A DNA stretch of 24,000 nt from Bordetella parapertussis (GTDB lineage Bacteria; Pseudomonadota; Gammaproteobacteria; Burkholderiales; SG8-41). The notes under the pieces are model-generated. The model searched no databases. It was not told the origin of the DNA and was given only the letters and a program-made list of their open reading frames with translations. The stretch spans positions 37,852-61,851 of the forward strand of contig CAMCYP010000011.1 of assembly GCA_945885345.1 (NCBI GenBank), in the 5' to 3' direction. Each line of letters opens with the position of its first letter. Within the stretch, counting starts at the first letter, position 1. Of the stretch, positions 1 through 8,297 are shown piece by piece. Position numbers and translations under genes: made by a program.

Positions 1-21
1 ATTTGACCGTATCAGTCAAAT
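1..21. promoter_or_regulatory. Perfect palindrome ATTTGAC-N7-GTCAAAT at the window edge, upstream of the LysR gene
   Basis: Read directly: atttgac cgtatca gtcaaat, with 7-bp arms that are exact reverse complements. The function is unknown; an operator or the end of an upstream terminator are both possible. It is cut by the window edge, so the context is incomplete. Confidence 0.3.
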
Positions 22-32
22 TTTATGAACTA

Positions 33-64
33 TATTTATATTTAAAAACAATGTGTTATATTAA
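33..64 (+). promoter_or_regulatory. AT-rich promoter-like module, copy 1 (weakest copy), upstream of the LysR gene
   Basis: Contains the AAAAACAAT core (44-52) followed by gtgTTATAttAAT. By hand alignment about 21/32 positions match the copy at 12300-12331. It points toward the LysR ATG at 108, 56 nt downstream of the core. Confidence 0.3.
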
Positions 65-81
65 TAAATGAGAATTTATTA
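62..81. promoter_or_regulatory. AT-rich palindrome TAATAAAT-gaga-ATTTATTA just upstream of the LysR start (possible autoregulatory operator)
   Basis: The 8-bp arms are exact reverse complements with a 4-nt spacer, 27 nt upstream of the ATG at 108. LysR-type regulators commonly autoregulate through dyad sites near their own promoter. The spacing here is T-N12-A, not the textbook T-N11-A. Confidence 0.25.
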
Positions 82-107
82 TTTAATTGCATCAGATCGG
101 AATCCGA

Positions 108-1022
108 ATGAGACTCTCCCTCGACGCATTGCTGGTGATCGACGCCATCGACCGCAAAGGCAGCTTCGCCGCCGCCGCGCACGAACTGCATCGCGTGCCT
201 TCGGCCGTCACCTACACCGTGCAGAAACTCGAGGAAGATCTCGACGTATTGCTGTTCGACCGCCGCGGCCATCGCGCAAAACTCACACCCGCAGGACATG
301 AACTGCTGAACGAAGGCCGCCACCTGCTGCAGGCTGCCGGCAATCTGGAAGCACGCGTCAAACGCATCGCCACCGGCTGGGAATCCGAACTGCGCATCGC
401 CTATGACGGCCTCATTTCGTCCACGGTCATGCTGGAGCTGGCACGTGATTTCCACGCACAGACCACCAACACCCGCCTGCGCTTTTCCACCGAAGTACTG
501 GGCGGCTGCTGGGATGCGCTGGCATCGGGCCGCGCCGACCTCGCCATCGGCGCTTCCGGTGATGGCCCCGCCGGCGGTGGTTACCAGACGCGCACGCTGG
601 GAGAGGTCGTTTGGGTGTTTGCCGTGGCGCCCACGCATGCATTGGCGACAGCCGCCGAACCGCTGACGCGCGACGACATCCTCGCCCATCGCGCAATCAT
701 GGTCGCCGACAGTTCGCGCAGTCTGCCACCGCGCACGACCGGATTATTGTCGGGACAGGAAACGCTGACGGTGTCCGACACCGGCGCCAAGCTGCGTGCG
801 CAGGTCATGGGTCTGGGCGTGGGTTACCTGCCGCAGTGCCTGGCTGCCATCGCTGCTGCCAAAGGCGAACTGGTCATCCGCCGCACCGAGGAACCGAAAG
901 TCAGCCAGATGCTCTACCTCGCCTGGCGCACTGCGCACCGCGGCAAGGCACTGAAGTGGTTTGTCGAGCAGGTCAGCACCCAAGGCTGGCTGGAACGCGC
1001 GTTGGACTCGGCCCGCGCCTGA
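108..1022 (+). CDS. LysR-family transcriptional regulator (YhaJ/DmlR-like subgroup, from memory)
   Basis: The ORF track gives 87..1022, but position 87 is a TTG. The first ATG, at 108, gives MRLSLDALLVIDAIDRKGSFAAAAHELHRVPSAVTYTVQKLEEDLDVLLFDRRGH, a canonical LysR N-terminal winged HTH, followed by a LysR substrate-binding-type C-terminal region. The N-terminus closely resembles my recollection of E. coli YhaJ; this is unverified. Confidence 0.9.
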   Translation: MRLSLDALLVIDAIDRKGSFAAAAHELHRVPSAVTYTVQKLEEDLDVLLFDRRGHRAKLTPAGHELLNEGRHLLQAAGNLEARVKRIATGWESELRIAYDGLISSTVMLELARDFHAQTTNTRLRFSTEVLGGCWDALASGRADLAIGASGDGPAGGGYQTRTLGEVVWVFAVAPTHALATAAEPLTRDDILAHRAIMVADSSRSLPPRTTGLLSGQETLTVSDTGAKLRAQVMGLGVGYLPQCLAAIAAAKGELVIRRTEEPKVSQMLYLAWRTAHRGKALKWFVEQVSTQGWLERALDSARA

Positions 1023-1079
1023 ACCCTGGAACAATCACCCATTGGGCGCATGGGAATATGCATCGGCCGCAACTACGGC

Positions 1080-1116
1080 GCGCAGATTTAATTAACACTG
1101 CGCCCCGATTTTTTCT
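1080..1116 (+). terminator. Weak terminator-like hairpin plus T-tract downstream of the LysR gene
   Basis: A GCGCAG (1080-1085) / CTGCGC (1098-1103) stem of 6 bp with a 12-nt AT-rich loop, followed by cccgaTTTTTTCTT. The short stem and large loop make it weak. Confidence 0.25.
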
Positions 1117-1208
1117 TGAAACTGAATTTTCCCCCGTGAAAGCGGTCAATTTTCCGTCCTGACTTTTTCCGGGCCGCGCGCGTCAGTCTTTTTGCACAGG
1201 GTTCTATA

Positions 1209-1214
1209 TATAAT
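1209..1214 (+). promoter_or_regulatory. TATAAT box in an AT-rich patch (ttctatatataatgag) 64 nt upstream of the RND operon
   Basis: An exact TATAAT sits at 1209-1214. There is no good -35: TTGCAC at 1192-1197 is only 11 nt away, which is the wrong spacing. The patch resembles the 3' half of the AT-rich modules at 33-64 and 12300-12331. Confidence 0.3.
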
Positions 1215-1277
1215 GAGTGTGCTTCTCCGTCACGCCTTCGCCACCCGCCGTCACTCGTCCACCACCGCTCCTCTCGC

Positions 1278-2441
1278 ATGAACCCATTCTTCGCTGCGCC
1301 CCGCTTTACGACGCTCGCATTGGTCTGCGTCACACTCGTTACCGCCTCCTGTGGCAAAGATGGGGGATCTGCCCCGGCAAAAGCGCCAGCTGCGCTGCCA
1401 GTGGCAACCCTGCGCATGGAACCGCAGCGTGTGCCGATTTCGCTCGATGCCGTCGGCCAGGCCGAAGGCTCGCGCGAAGTTGAAATCCGCGCGCGGGTCT
1501 CAGGCATCCTTGAAAAACGCCTTTACACCGAAGGCACACCGGTCAAGGCCGGACAGACGCTGTTCGTGATTGATCGCGCGCAGTACGAGATCGCCGCTGC
1601 GCAGGCACAGGCAGCCCTGTCACAGGAACGGGCACGGCAGGAACAGGCCCAGCGTGAAACCGAGCGACTGAAGCCGCTCGCCAACAGCAGGGCGATCAGC
1701 CAGCGCGAGTACGAAGAGGCGATCTCCACCTTCAGGCAGTCCTCGGCCGCCATTGAGGGCTATCAGGCAAAGATCGCAGAAACAAAGCTCAACCTTTCCT
1801 ACACCAACGTCAGCGCGCCGATCGGCGGCATTGCGAGCCGCGCGATCCGCTCGGAAGGCAGTCTCGTTACCGCCAACACCGATCTGCTCACGACGCTGAC
1901 GCAGGTCAACCCGATCTGGGTGCGCTTCTCGCTGGCCGAATCCGATTTCGAACGGATCCGCGGCAAGAGCAAGAACGTGCGGGTCAACATCCTCAATCGC
2001 GACGGTTCGGTCGCCGCTGGTAACGGCCGGCTCAATTTCCTCGGTTCGACCGTCGATCCGAAATTGGGCACGGTGCAGCTCCGTGCCGAGTTCCCCAACG
2101 CCGAAATGCAATGGCTGCCGGGTCAGTTTCTCAAGGTGCAGATCCTCGCCGGCGAACAGGAGGCCTTCCTCGTGCCGCAGACCGCCGTCGCACAGACCGA
2201 GCAGGGCTACACGGTGTGGCTGGCGGAAGGCGGCAAAGCAAATCCGCGCGTCGTGAAAACCGCGAACTGGATTGGCAGCGACTGGATCGTGACCGCAGGC
2301 CTCAAAGCCGGCGATACCGTCATTATCGACAACCTGATCAAGCTGCGCCCCGGTGCTGCCGTGGAGCCGCGCAATGCCGATGTGGCACCCGCAGGTTCCG
2401 CCACTGCCGCACCGGCGGACAAGCCTGCCGCGACCCGCTGA
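1278..2441 (+). CDS. RND efflux periplasmic adaptor (membrane fusion protein), lipoprotein
   Basis: 387 aa. It has a signal peptide with a lipobox (LVTASC), an Ala/Gln/Glu-rich alpha-hairpin segment (AAAQAQAALSQERARQEQAQRE) and LNLSYTNVSAPIGG, typical of AcrA/MexA/MexE-type adaptors. The stop is 10 nt before the pump gene. Confidence 0.95.
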   Translation: MNPFFAAPRFTTLALVCVTLVTASCGKDGGSAPAKAPAALPVATLRMEPQRVPISLDAVGQAEGSREVEIRARVSGILEKRLYTEGTPVKAGQTLFVIDRAQYEIAAAQAQAALSQERARQEQAQRETERLKPLANSRAISQREYEEAISTFRQSSAAIEGYQAKIAETKLNLSYTNVSAPIGGIASRAIRSEGSLVTANTDLLTTLTQVNPIWVRFSLAESDFERIRGKSKNVRVNILNRDGSVAAGNGRLNFLGSTVDPKLGTVQLRAEFPNAEMQWLPGQFLKVQILAGEQEAFLVPQTAVAQTEQGYTVWLAEGGKANPRVVKTANWIGSDWIVTAGLKAGDTVIIDNLIKLRPGAAVEPRNADVAPAGSATAAPADKPAATR

Positions 2442-2451
2442 TTCGTAATCC

Positions 2452-5400
2452 ATGGGTAATTTCTCGCGGTTTTTCATCGAACGGCCGATTTTTGCGAGCG
2501 TCATCGCGATCATCATCACCCTGGCCGGCCTGGTGGCCTCCCGGGCCCTGCCCGTCGCGCAATATCCGGAGATCGCTCCGCCGACGGTGACCATCAGCAC
2601 GAGCTACCCCGGCGCAAGCGCGGAAACCATCGCCAAGACCGTCGCGGCACCGATCGAGGAACAGCTCTCCGGGGTCGAGAGCATGATCTACTTCAGTTCG
2701 AACGCGGCGGCCGATGGTTCGCTCTCGATTACCGCCACCTTCGAGGTGGGCATCGACATCGACAAGGCGGTGTTCCAGGTCAATAACCGGGTGCAAGCCG
2801 CCCTGCCGCGCCTGCCCGACGAAGTGCGACGCAACGGCATCATCGTGCAGAAACGTTCGAACGACATCCTGCTGGTCATCGGCCTGCTGTCACCGGGCGG
2901 CACGCGCGCAACGACCTACCTCGCCAACTACGCGACGGTCAACCTGATCGATGAACTGAAACGCATCCCCGGCGTGGGTGATGTGTTGCTGTTCGGATCC
3001 GGCTATTCAATGCGCGTCTGGCTGCAGCCGGACAAGATGGCACGGCTGGGCGTCACGCCGACCGACATCGCCAACGCGATCCGTGCCCAGAACCAGCAGT
3101 ATTCCGCCGGCAAGATCGGCGCCGAGCCCGCACCCGCCGGACAGGCCTTTACCTACACCGTGACCGCACGCGGGCGCCTGGTGCGACCCGAAGAATTCGG
3201 CAACATCATCGTGCGCGCCGGTGGCCCCGGCGGGGTGCTGCGGATCAGCGACGTGGCACGGGTCGAACTCGGTGCGCAGAACTATGACACCGCCACCACC
3301 GTCGACGGCAAGCCCGCGATCGGCATGGCGGTGTTCCTGCAGACCGGCGCCAACGCCCTCGACGTCGCCGCAGCGGTGAAAACCCGGATGACGGAGCTCA
3401 AGCCGGCATTCACGCAGGACATGGATTACCTGATCCCCTTTGACACAACGCGCGTCGTGCAGGCCTCGATCAAGGAAGTGGTGGTGACGCTCATGGAGGC
3501 GGGTTTCCTCGTGCTGATCGTCGTGTTCGTGTTCCTGCAGAGCTGGCGCGCGACGCTGATTCCGATGGTCGCGGTACCGGTGTCCCTGGTGGGGACCTTT
3601 GCAGGGCTCTACGCACTGGGATTTTCCATCAACACGCTGACCCTGTTCGCGATGGTGCTCGCCGTCGGCATTGTCGTTGACGACGCAATCGTCGTACTGG
3701 AAAACGTCGAGCGCCTGATGCGCGAAAAGAACATGACACCGCGCCAGGCCGCAACGGAATCGATGTACGAAGTGTCCGGCGCGGTACTGGCGATTGTCCT
3801 TGTGCTGTGCGCAGTGTTCATCCCGGTGGCCTTTCTCGGCGGCATCGCCGGGCAACTCTACAAGCAGTTCGCCGTGACGGTAGCCATTGCCGTGCTGCTG
3901 TCCGGCGTCACCGCGCTGACGCTGACGCCGGCGTTATGCGCACTGATACTCAAATCCGGCCACCACGAATCGAAGCTGTTCCGGCCGTTCAATACCGGTT
4001 TCACCAGAATGACCGACCTGTTCCTGTGGATGGTGAATCTCGCACTGAAACACCGGTTGCTGAGCGGCCTGGCCTTCCTCGGACTGCTCGCACTCACCGC
4101 CCTGCTCTTTGCACGCGTGCCCGGCAGCTTCGTGCCCGCCGAAGACCAGGGCTATATCATCAGCGCCATCACGCTGCCGGACGCGTCGTCACTGCAGCGC
4201 ACCGGTGCGACCGGTGCACAGTTTCAGAAAATTGTTTCCCAGGATCCGATCGTCGATCACATGTTCGTTGTCCCGGGCCGTGATGTCATCGGCGGCGGCA
4301 ACAAACCGAATGCGGGCACGGCCTTCATTCTGCTGAAGCACTGGGACGAGCGCGCAAAGACGGCACAGCAGTTTGCCGCGCAGGTGTCGGGGATCGGGCG
4401 CACTTTTTCCGATGGCATCGTAGTCGCCTTCAATCCGCCGGCAATCCGCGGCCTGGGCAGCGCCGGCGGGTTCGAGCTCTATGTGCAGTCGCGCGGTGAA
4501 TCCGATCCGCGACGACTGTCACAGGTCGTGCAGGATTTCACGGCAGCGCTGGCGCGCCATCCGCAGCTGCAGGGCATCAACACGTTTTTCCGCCCGACCG
4601 TGCCGCAACTGCTCGTCGAGGTAAACCTCGAACAGGCGCTGGCGCTGGGTGTGCCGGTTTCCGATGTATACGATGCCCTGCAAAGCACGATGGGGCCGCT
4701 GTACGTGAACGATTTCAACATGTCCGGGCGCACTTACCGGGTGCAGGTGCAGGCCGATGCGGCTTACCGCGCAAAACCCGAAGATGTCGGCACCGTTTAC
4801 GTGCGCTCGGCAACGACGGGGGAAATGATCCCGCTGAAAGCACTGATCCGCAGCACCAGCACATCCGGCGCCGAACAGGTCGAACGCTACAACGGCTTTC
4901 TTGCCGCACGGATACTCGGCAGCGGCAAGGCGGGCGTCAGTTCCGGCGAGGCCATCGCAGCAGCGGAGCAGGTTGCAAGCCAGACCCTGCCCGCCGGCTA
5001 CACGATGGTGTGGAGCGGCCAGGCCTTCCAGGAAAAACGCTCCGGCAGCGCTTCGCTGTTCGCGTTCGGCTTTGCCATCGTGATGGTCTATCTGATTCTT
5101 GCCGCACTTTATGAGCGCTGGCGCCTGCCGGCATCCGTCATTCTTGCCGTTCCCTTCGCAGTGGCCGGCGCGCTGTTGCTGGTGTGGATGCGCGGCATGG
5201 AGAACGACATCTACTTCCAGATCGGACTGGTGGTGCTGATCGGGCTCGCTGCAAAGAACGCGATCCTGATCGTCGAGTTCGCGCAACAGGGGCTGCTCGA
5301 GGGCATGAAACCGATCGATGCCGCGCTGCAGGCGGCACGGCTGCGCTTCCGGCCGATTGTGATGACCTCCATCGCGTTCATTTTCGGCGTGATTCCGCTG

Positions 5401-5577
5401 GCGGTCGCCAGCGGCGCAGGTGCTGCTGCGCGGCGCTCGATGGGCACCGGCGTGGTGGGCGGCATGCTCGTTGCGACCTTCGTCGCGACGATCTTCGTGC
5501 CCTTGTTCTTCACGCTGTTCGCGCGCCGCCAGAAGATGGGCGAAGCTGCGCCGGCAACGCCGCAGGATCCGGCATGA
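2452..5577 (+). CDS. RND (HAE1-type) multidrug efflux inner-membrane transporter, AcrB/MexB/MexF family
   Basis: 1041 aa. The N-terminus MGNFSRFFIERPIFASVIAIIITLAG and the TM4 proton-relay motif AVGIVVDDAIVVLENV are present, along with the two large periplasmic loops and 12-TM layout typical of the family. Confidence 0.97.
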   Translation: MGNFSRFFIERPIFASVIAIIITLAGLVASRALPVAQYPEIAPPTVTISTSYPGASAETIAKTVAAPIEEQLSGVESMIYFSSNAAADGSLSITATFEVGIDIDKAVFQVNNRVQAALPRLPDEVRRNGIIVQKRSNDILLVIGLLSPGGTRATTYLANYATVNLIDELKRIPGVGDVLLFGSGYSMRVWLQPDKMARLGVTPTDIANAIRAQNQQYSAGKIGAEPAPAGQAFTYTVTARGRLVRPEEFGNIIVRAGGPGGVLRISDVARVELGAQNYDTATTVDGKPAIGMAVFLQTGANALDVAAAVKTRMTELKPAFTQDMDYLIPFDTTRVVQASIKEVVVTLMEAGFLVLIVVFVFLQSWRATLIPMVAVPVSLVGTFAGLYALGFSINTLTLFAMVLAVGIVVDDAIVVLENVERLMREKNMTPRQAATESMYEVSGAVLAIVLVLCAVFIPVAFLGGIAGQLYKQFAVTVAIAVLLSGVTALTLTPALCALILKSGHHESKLFRPFNTGFTRMTDLFLWMVNLALKHRLLSGLAFLGLLALTALLFARVPGSFVPAEDQGYIISAITLPDASSLQRTGATGAQFQKIVSQDPIVDHMFVVPGRDVIGGGNKPNAGTAFILLKHWDERAKTAQQFAAQVSGIGRTFSDGIVVAFNPPAIRGLGSAGGFELYVQSRGESDPRRLSQVVQDFTAALARHPQLQGINTFFRPTVPQLLVEVNLEQALALGVPVSDVYDALQSTMGPLYVNDFNMSGRTYRVQVQADAAYRAKPEDVGTVYVRSATTGEMIPLKALIRSTSTSGAEQVERYNGFLAARILGSGKAGVSSGEAIAAAEQVASQTLPAGYTMVWSGQAFQEKRSGSASLFAFGFAIVMVYLILAALYERWRLPASVILAVPFAVAGALLLVWMRGMENDIYFQIGLVVLIGLAAKNAILIVEFAQQGLLEGMKPIDAALQAARLRFRPIVMTSIAFIFGVIPLAVASGAGAAARRSMGTGVVGGMLVATFVATIFVPLFFTLFARRQKMGEAAPATPQDPA

Positions 5578-6965
5578 GCGCCCGCCACGCGGTACTGGGA
5601 CTGATCTTCGCGCTTGGCGGCTGCATGCTGGGCCCGGACTATAAACGCCCCGACATGGAGTTGCCGGCCAGCTATGCGGAAGCCGCACCGGGTGCCACGG
5701 CCGCAGTCAACGTACCCGCTGATTGGTGGACGCTCTATCGCGACCCGATGCTCGACCAACTCGTAAAAACAGGACTCGAGCGGAATACGGACGTGCGGCT
5801 TGCCGTCGCGCGCATCGAGGAGGCGCAGGCATTGCTGCGCGAGGTCGATGCGACACTGCTGCCCGAGATCGACGCCAATCTCGCCGCCGGCCGCTCCCGT
5901 TCCAGCACCAGCACCGGCACCCTGCCCAGTGGCGCAAAGCCCATACGCAGCAATTTCCTGGTATCAGCCAATACTTCGTTCGAACTCGACTTCTGGGGAC
6001 GACTGCGGCGCCTGCAGGAATCCGCGCGCGCCCAATACATCGGCAGCCGCTACGGGCACGACGTCGTCTCCCTCACGCTGACGGCAAACATTGCGCAGAC
6101 CTACTTCACGATCCGCTCCCTCGATGCACAGATCACCGTCTCTGCCGAAACACTGAAAACCGCAGAGGACTCCGCCGACATCGCACGCCAGCGTGCGCAG
6201 GCCGGCCTGGTCTCCGACCTTGACCTCTATCAGGCCGAGGGCAGCCGTGCGCAGTTTGCCAGCCAGCTCAAGGAATTCCAGCGGCTGCGTGCCGTGGCAG
6301 TGCACCTGCTCGGCGTGCTGACCGCCACGCCCGGACTCAGCATCGCCGCCGGCGATCTGCAACTGCCGACACCACCGCTGCCACCCGCCGGCCTGCCCTC
6401 GACTCTGCTTGAACGCAGACCCGATGTCCGTCAGGCCGAAGCCTCCGCCACTGCCGCCAGCGCACTGATCGGTGTCGCGCGTGCCGCACAGTTTCCGACC
6501 ATCAGCCTCACTGCCGCTGCCGGCTCGCAAAGCGCCGAACTTTCCAATCTCTTCTCGTCTGGCGCGGGTATCTGGTCCGTCGGCCTTGGCGTCATCGGCC
6601 CGGTGCTAGACTGGGGGCGCCATGCAGCGCGCACCGAGCAGGCCGAGGCAAGGGCGCGTCAGGCCGCATTGCAGTACGAACAAACCGTCCGTAACGCGTT
6701 CCGCGAGGTTTCGGACGCGCTTTCCAACGTGCGCATCTCCGCCGACGCCGAAAACGACTACCGCAACCGGGTCGAGCAGACGCAAAACGCCCTGCGCCTC
6801 GCCAGGCAGCGTTACGAATCGGGCTACTCGGGTTATCTCGAAGTACTCGATGCACAGCGCGCGCTCAACGCCGCGCAGCTCGCGCTGGTGCTCAACCGGC
6901 GTGCATTTCTCGGCTACACCGTTGACCTGATGAATGCACTCGGTGGCGGATGGAAAGATTACTAA
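5574..6965 (+). CDS. RND efflux outer-membrane factor lipoprotein, NodT/OprM family
   Basis: The in-frame ATG at 5574 overlaps the pump stop (ATGA at 5574-5577). MSARHAVLGLIFALGGC carries the lipobox, followed by the GPDYKRP motif typical of NodT-family OMFs; the protein is 463 aa. The ORF-track start at 5184 is a spurious extension inside the pump gene. Confidence 0.95.
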   Translation: MSARHAVLGLIFALGGCMLGPDYKRPDMELPASYAEAAPGATAAVNVPADWWTLYRDPMLDQLVKTGLERNTDVRLAVARIEEAQALLREVDATLLPEIDANLAAGRSRSSTSTGTLPSGAKPIRSNFLVSANTSFELDFWGRLRRLQESARAQYIGSRYGHDVVSLTLTANIAQTYFTIRSLDAQITVSAETLKTAEDSADIARQRAQAGLVSDLDLYQAEGSRAQFASQLKEFQRLRAVAVHLLGVLTATPGLSIAAGDLQLPTPPLPPAGLPSTLLERRPDVRQAEASATAASALIGVARAAQFPTISLTAAAGSQSAELSNLFSSGAGIWSVGLGVIGPVLDWGRHAARTEQAEARARQAALQYEQTVRNAFREVSDALSNVRISADAENDYRNRVEQTQNALRLARQRYESGYSGYLEVLDAQRALNAAQLALVLNRRAFLGYTVDLMNALGGGWKDY

Positions 6966-6996
6966 CGGGGCAACCGCGGCCCCTGCCCGGATTACC

Positions 6997-7015
6997 AACG
7001 GGGGATAACCCCGTT
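6997..7015. terminator. Small hairpin between the convergent OMF and hydrolase genes (possible weak bidirectional terminator)
   Basis: AACGGGG (6997-7003) / CCCCGTT (7009-7015), a 7-bp stem with a 5-nt loop. No U-tract is present on either strand. Confidence 0.2.
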
Positions 7016-7053
7016 CCCTGGCGAAGCCGCTCAATCGCTCCCGTTCAAGCCAG

Positions 7054-8217
7054 TCAGGCCGGCAGGTTGGCCGCAATCCAGTCCGCAACAAAATCAACAC
7101 CCACCTGCCGGTTGTCGACATGGGCATGTTCGGCGCCGCCGTCCTCTGCACTGAACACGCGCAGGGTTTTACGCTTTGAAGCAATCGCGTCGTAGAGCTT
7201 CTGCGCATTTTCCGCCGGCACCACGCGATCATTGGCGCCGTGGGTCACCAGAAAGGGCATGGTGATCTGCCGTGCCACGTCCTTCAGCGTAAAACGTTTG
7301 GCAACTTCAATGGCGGCATCGGCATCCGCCGCACCGACCACCCACTGAAACTGGAAATTTGACTGCGCAACCTTGTTGCCCTCGGCCTGCGCTTTCTCCT
7401 TGATGCGCTGCTGCCACGCCGCCAGATCCCAGTGCAGCGCGGTCATCGCCACACCGGCGGCATAACGCTGTTCGAAAGCCGCAATGCGGCCGGAGTAATA
7501 ACCACCGAAGCTGTAGCCCATGATCACCACCCGCGCCGGATCGACATCGGCACGCGAGGCAACATAGTCGTACGCCGCCTTGCCCGGCACTTCGTAATCG
7601 TAACGGCTGGGGATGCCGCGGAAACGCAGCGTCTCGCCCTGCCCCGGCCCGTCGATCGCCAGCGTGTGCATGCCGCGCTTGGCAAATTCGATCCCGGCGA
7701 AAACGACACTCATTTCCTTGCAGTTATCCATGCCGTTGAAAATGACCACGGTCGGCGCGCGCGCTGACACGCCCGGCGCTTTCATGAACAATGCCGGCAG
7801 CTTGGTGTCCAGATACGGCACCTCAATGAATTCGAGATTGGCATAACTGCGGCTGAGCCCGGCTTTGAAGCAGCGATAAGCCTTGCGTCCGACTTCGGCC
7901 TTGGCCTCGCCCGGCGGAATGAAGCGTTCGCCGGTGTAGTAATAGTTGCCGGCACGCAGGTAGTAATTGCCCGCAGTGCGGTCATGTCCTTGCGCAGCCG
8001 CGGCATCGGCGGTTTTTTCAATCTGCGCCGCCATCGCGCACCATTCTTCCTGCCAGGCCTGCGGCTCAGCCTGCCGTGTTTTCAGTTTCTCGGCAATGCG
8101 ATCGATTTCATCCATCGCCACCACGCCGTAGGGCGCCATGCCCTTGCAGGCCAGCGCGGCGTTGGACCACAAAAAATTACCGGGAAAATGATCAATCCAG
8201 AAACCACGCGTGGTCAT
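7054..8217 (-). CDS. Alpha/beta-fold hydrolase (FrsA/DUF1100-like; resembles the 2,6-dihydropseudooxynicotine C-C hydrolase family)
   Basis: 387 aa. It has the nucleophile elbow GYSFGG, the IDGPGQGE motif, a candidate acid residue in HGANDRVV and a candidate His in GGAEHAHVD. The N-terminal helical cap region (WIDHFPGNFLWSNAAL...) matches that family as I recall it. The substrate is unknown. Confidence 0.75.
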   Translation of the reverse strand: MTTRGFWIDHFPGNFLWSNAALACKGMAPYGVVAMDEIDRIAEKLKTRQAEPQAWQEEWCAMAAQIEKTADAAAAQGHDRTAGNYYLRAGNYYYTGERFIPPGEAKAEVGRKAYRCFKAGLSRSYANLEFIEVPYLDTKLPALFMKAPGVSARAPTVVIFNGMDNCKEMSVVFAGIEFAKRGMHTLAIDGPGQGETLRFRGIPSRYDYEVPGKAAYDYVASRADVDPARVVIMGYSFGGYYSGRIAAFEQRYAAGVAMTALHWDLAAWQQRIKEKAQAEGNKVAQSNFQFQWVVGAADADAAIEVAKRFTLKDVARQITMPFLVTHGANDRVVPAENAQKLYDAIASKRKTLRVFSAEDGGAEHAHVDNRQVGVDFVADWIAANLPA

Positions 8218-8264
8218 GACGACCCCCCAAGAGTTGCGCTGTCGGCACTGAATGCGCCGCGCAG

Positions 8265-8297
8265 ATAATTACAAGTTATTGTTTTTATTAATATTTT
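8265..8297 (-). promoter_or_regulatory. AT-rich promoter-like module, copy 2, between the thioredoxin stop and the hydrolase start
   Basis: The minus strand reads aaaatattaataaaaacaataacttgtaattat. By hand alignment 25 of the first 28 positions are identical to 12300-12327. It points toward the hydrolase ATG (8217), 61 nt downstream of the AAAAACAAT core. Confidence 0.4.

Noticed and set aside
1050-1091. A 13-codon ORF (MGICIGRNYGAQI) downstream of the LysR gene.
   Set aside because: It is too short, has no SD and has no supporting context. It overlaps the weak terminator-like hairpin.
1023-1277. A sigma-54 promoter (TGGCAC-N5-TTGCW) or MexT nod-box upstream of the RND operon.
   Set aside because: TTGCA is present at 1192-1196, but no GG sits at the required -24 position. 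ATCA at 1033-1036 is not followed by GTCGAT at the correct spacing.
6966-7053. A strong bidirectional intrinsic terminator between the convergent OMF and hydrolase genes.
   Set aside because: Only short 5-7 bp stems are present (6967-6983 and 6997-7015), with no U-tracts on either strand. It is kept only as a low-confidence feature.
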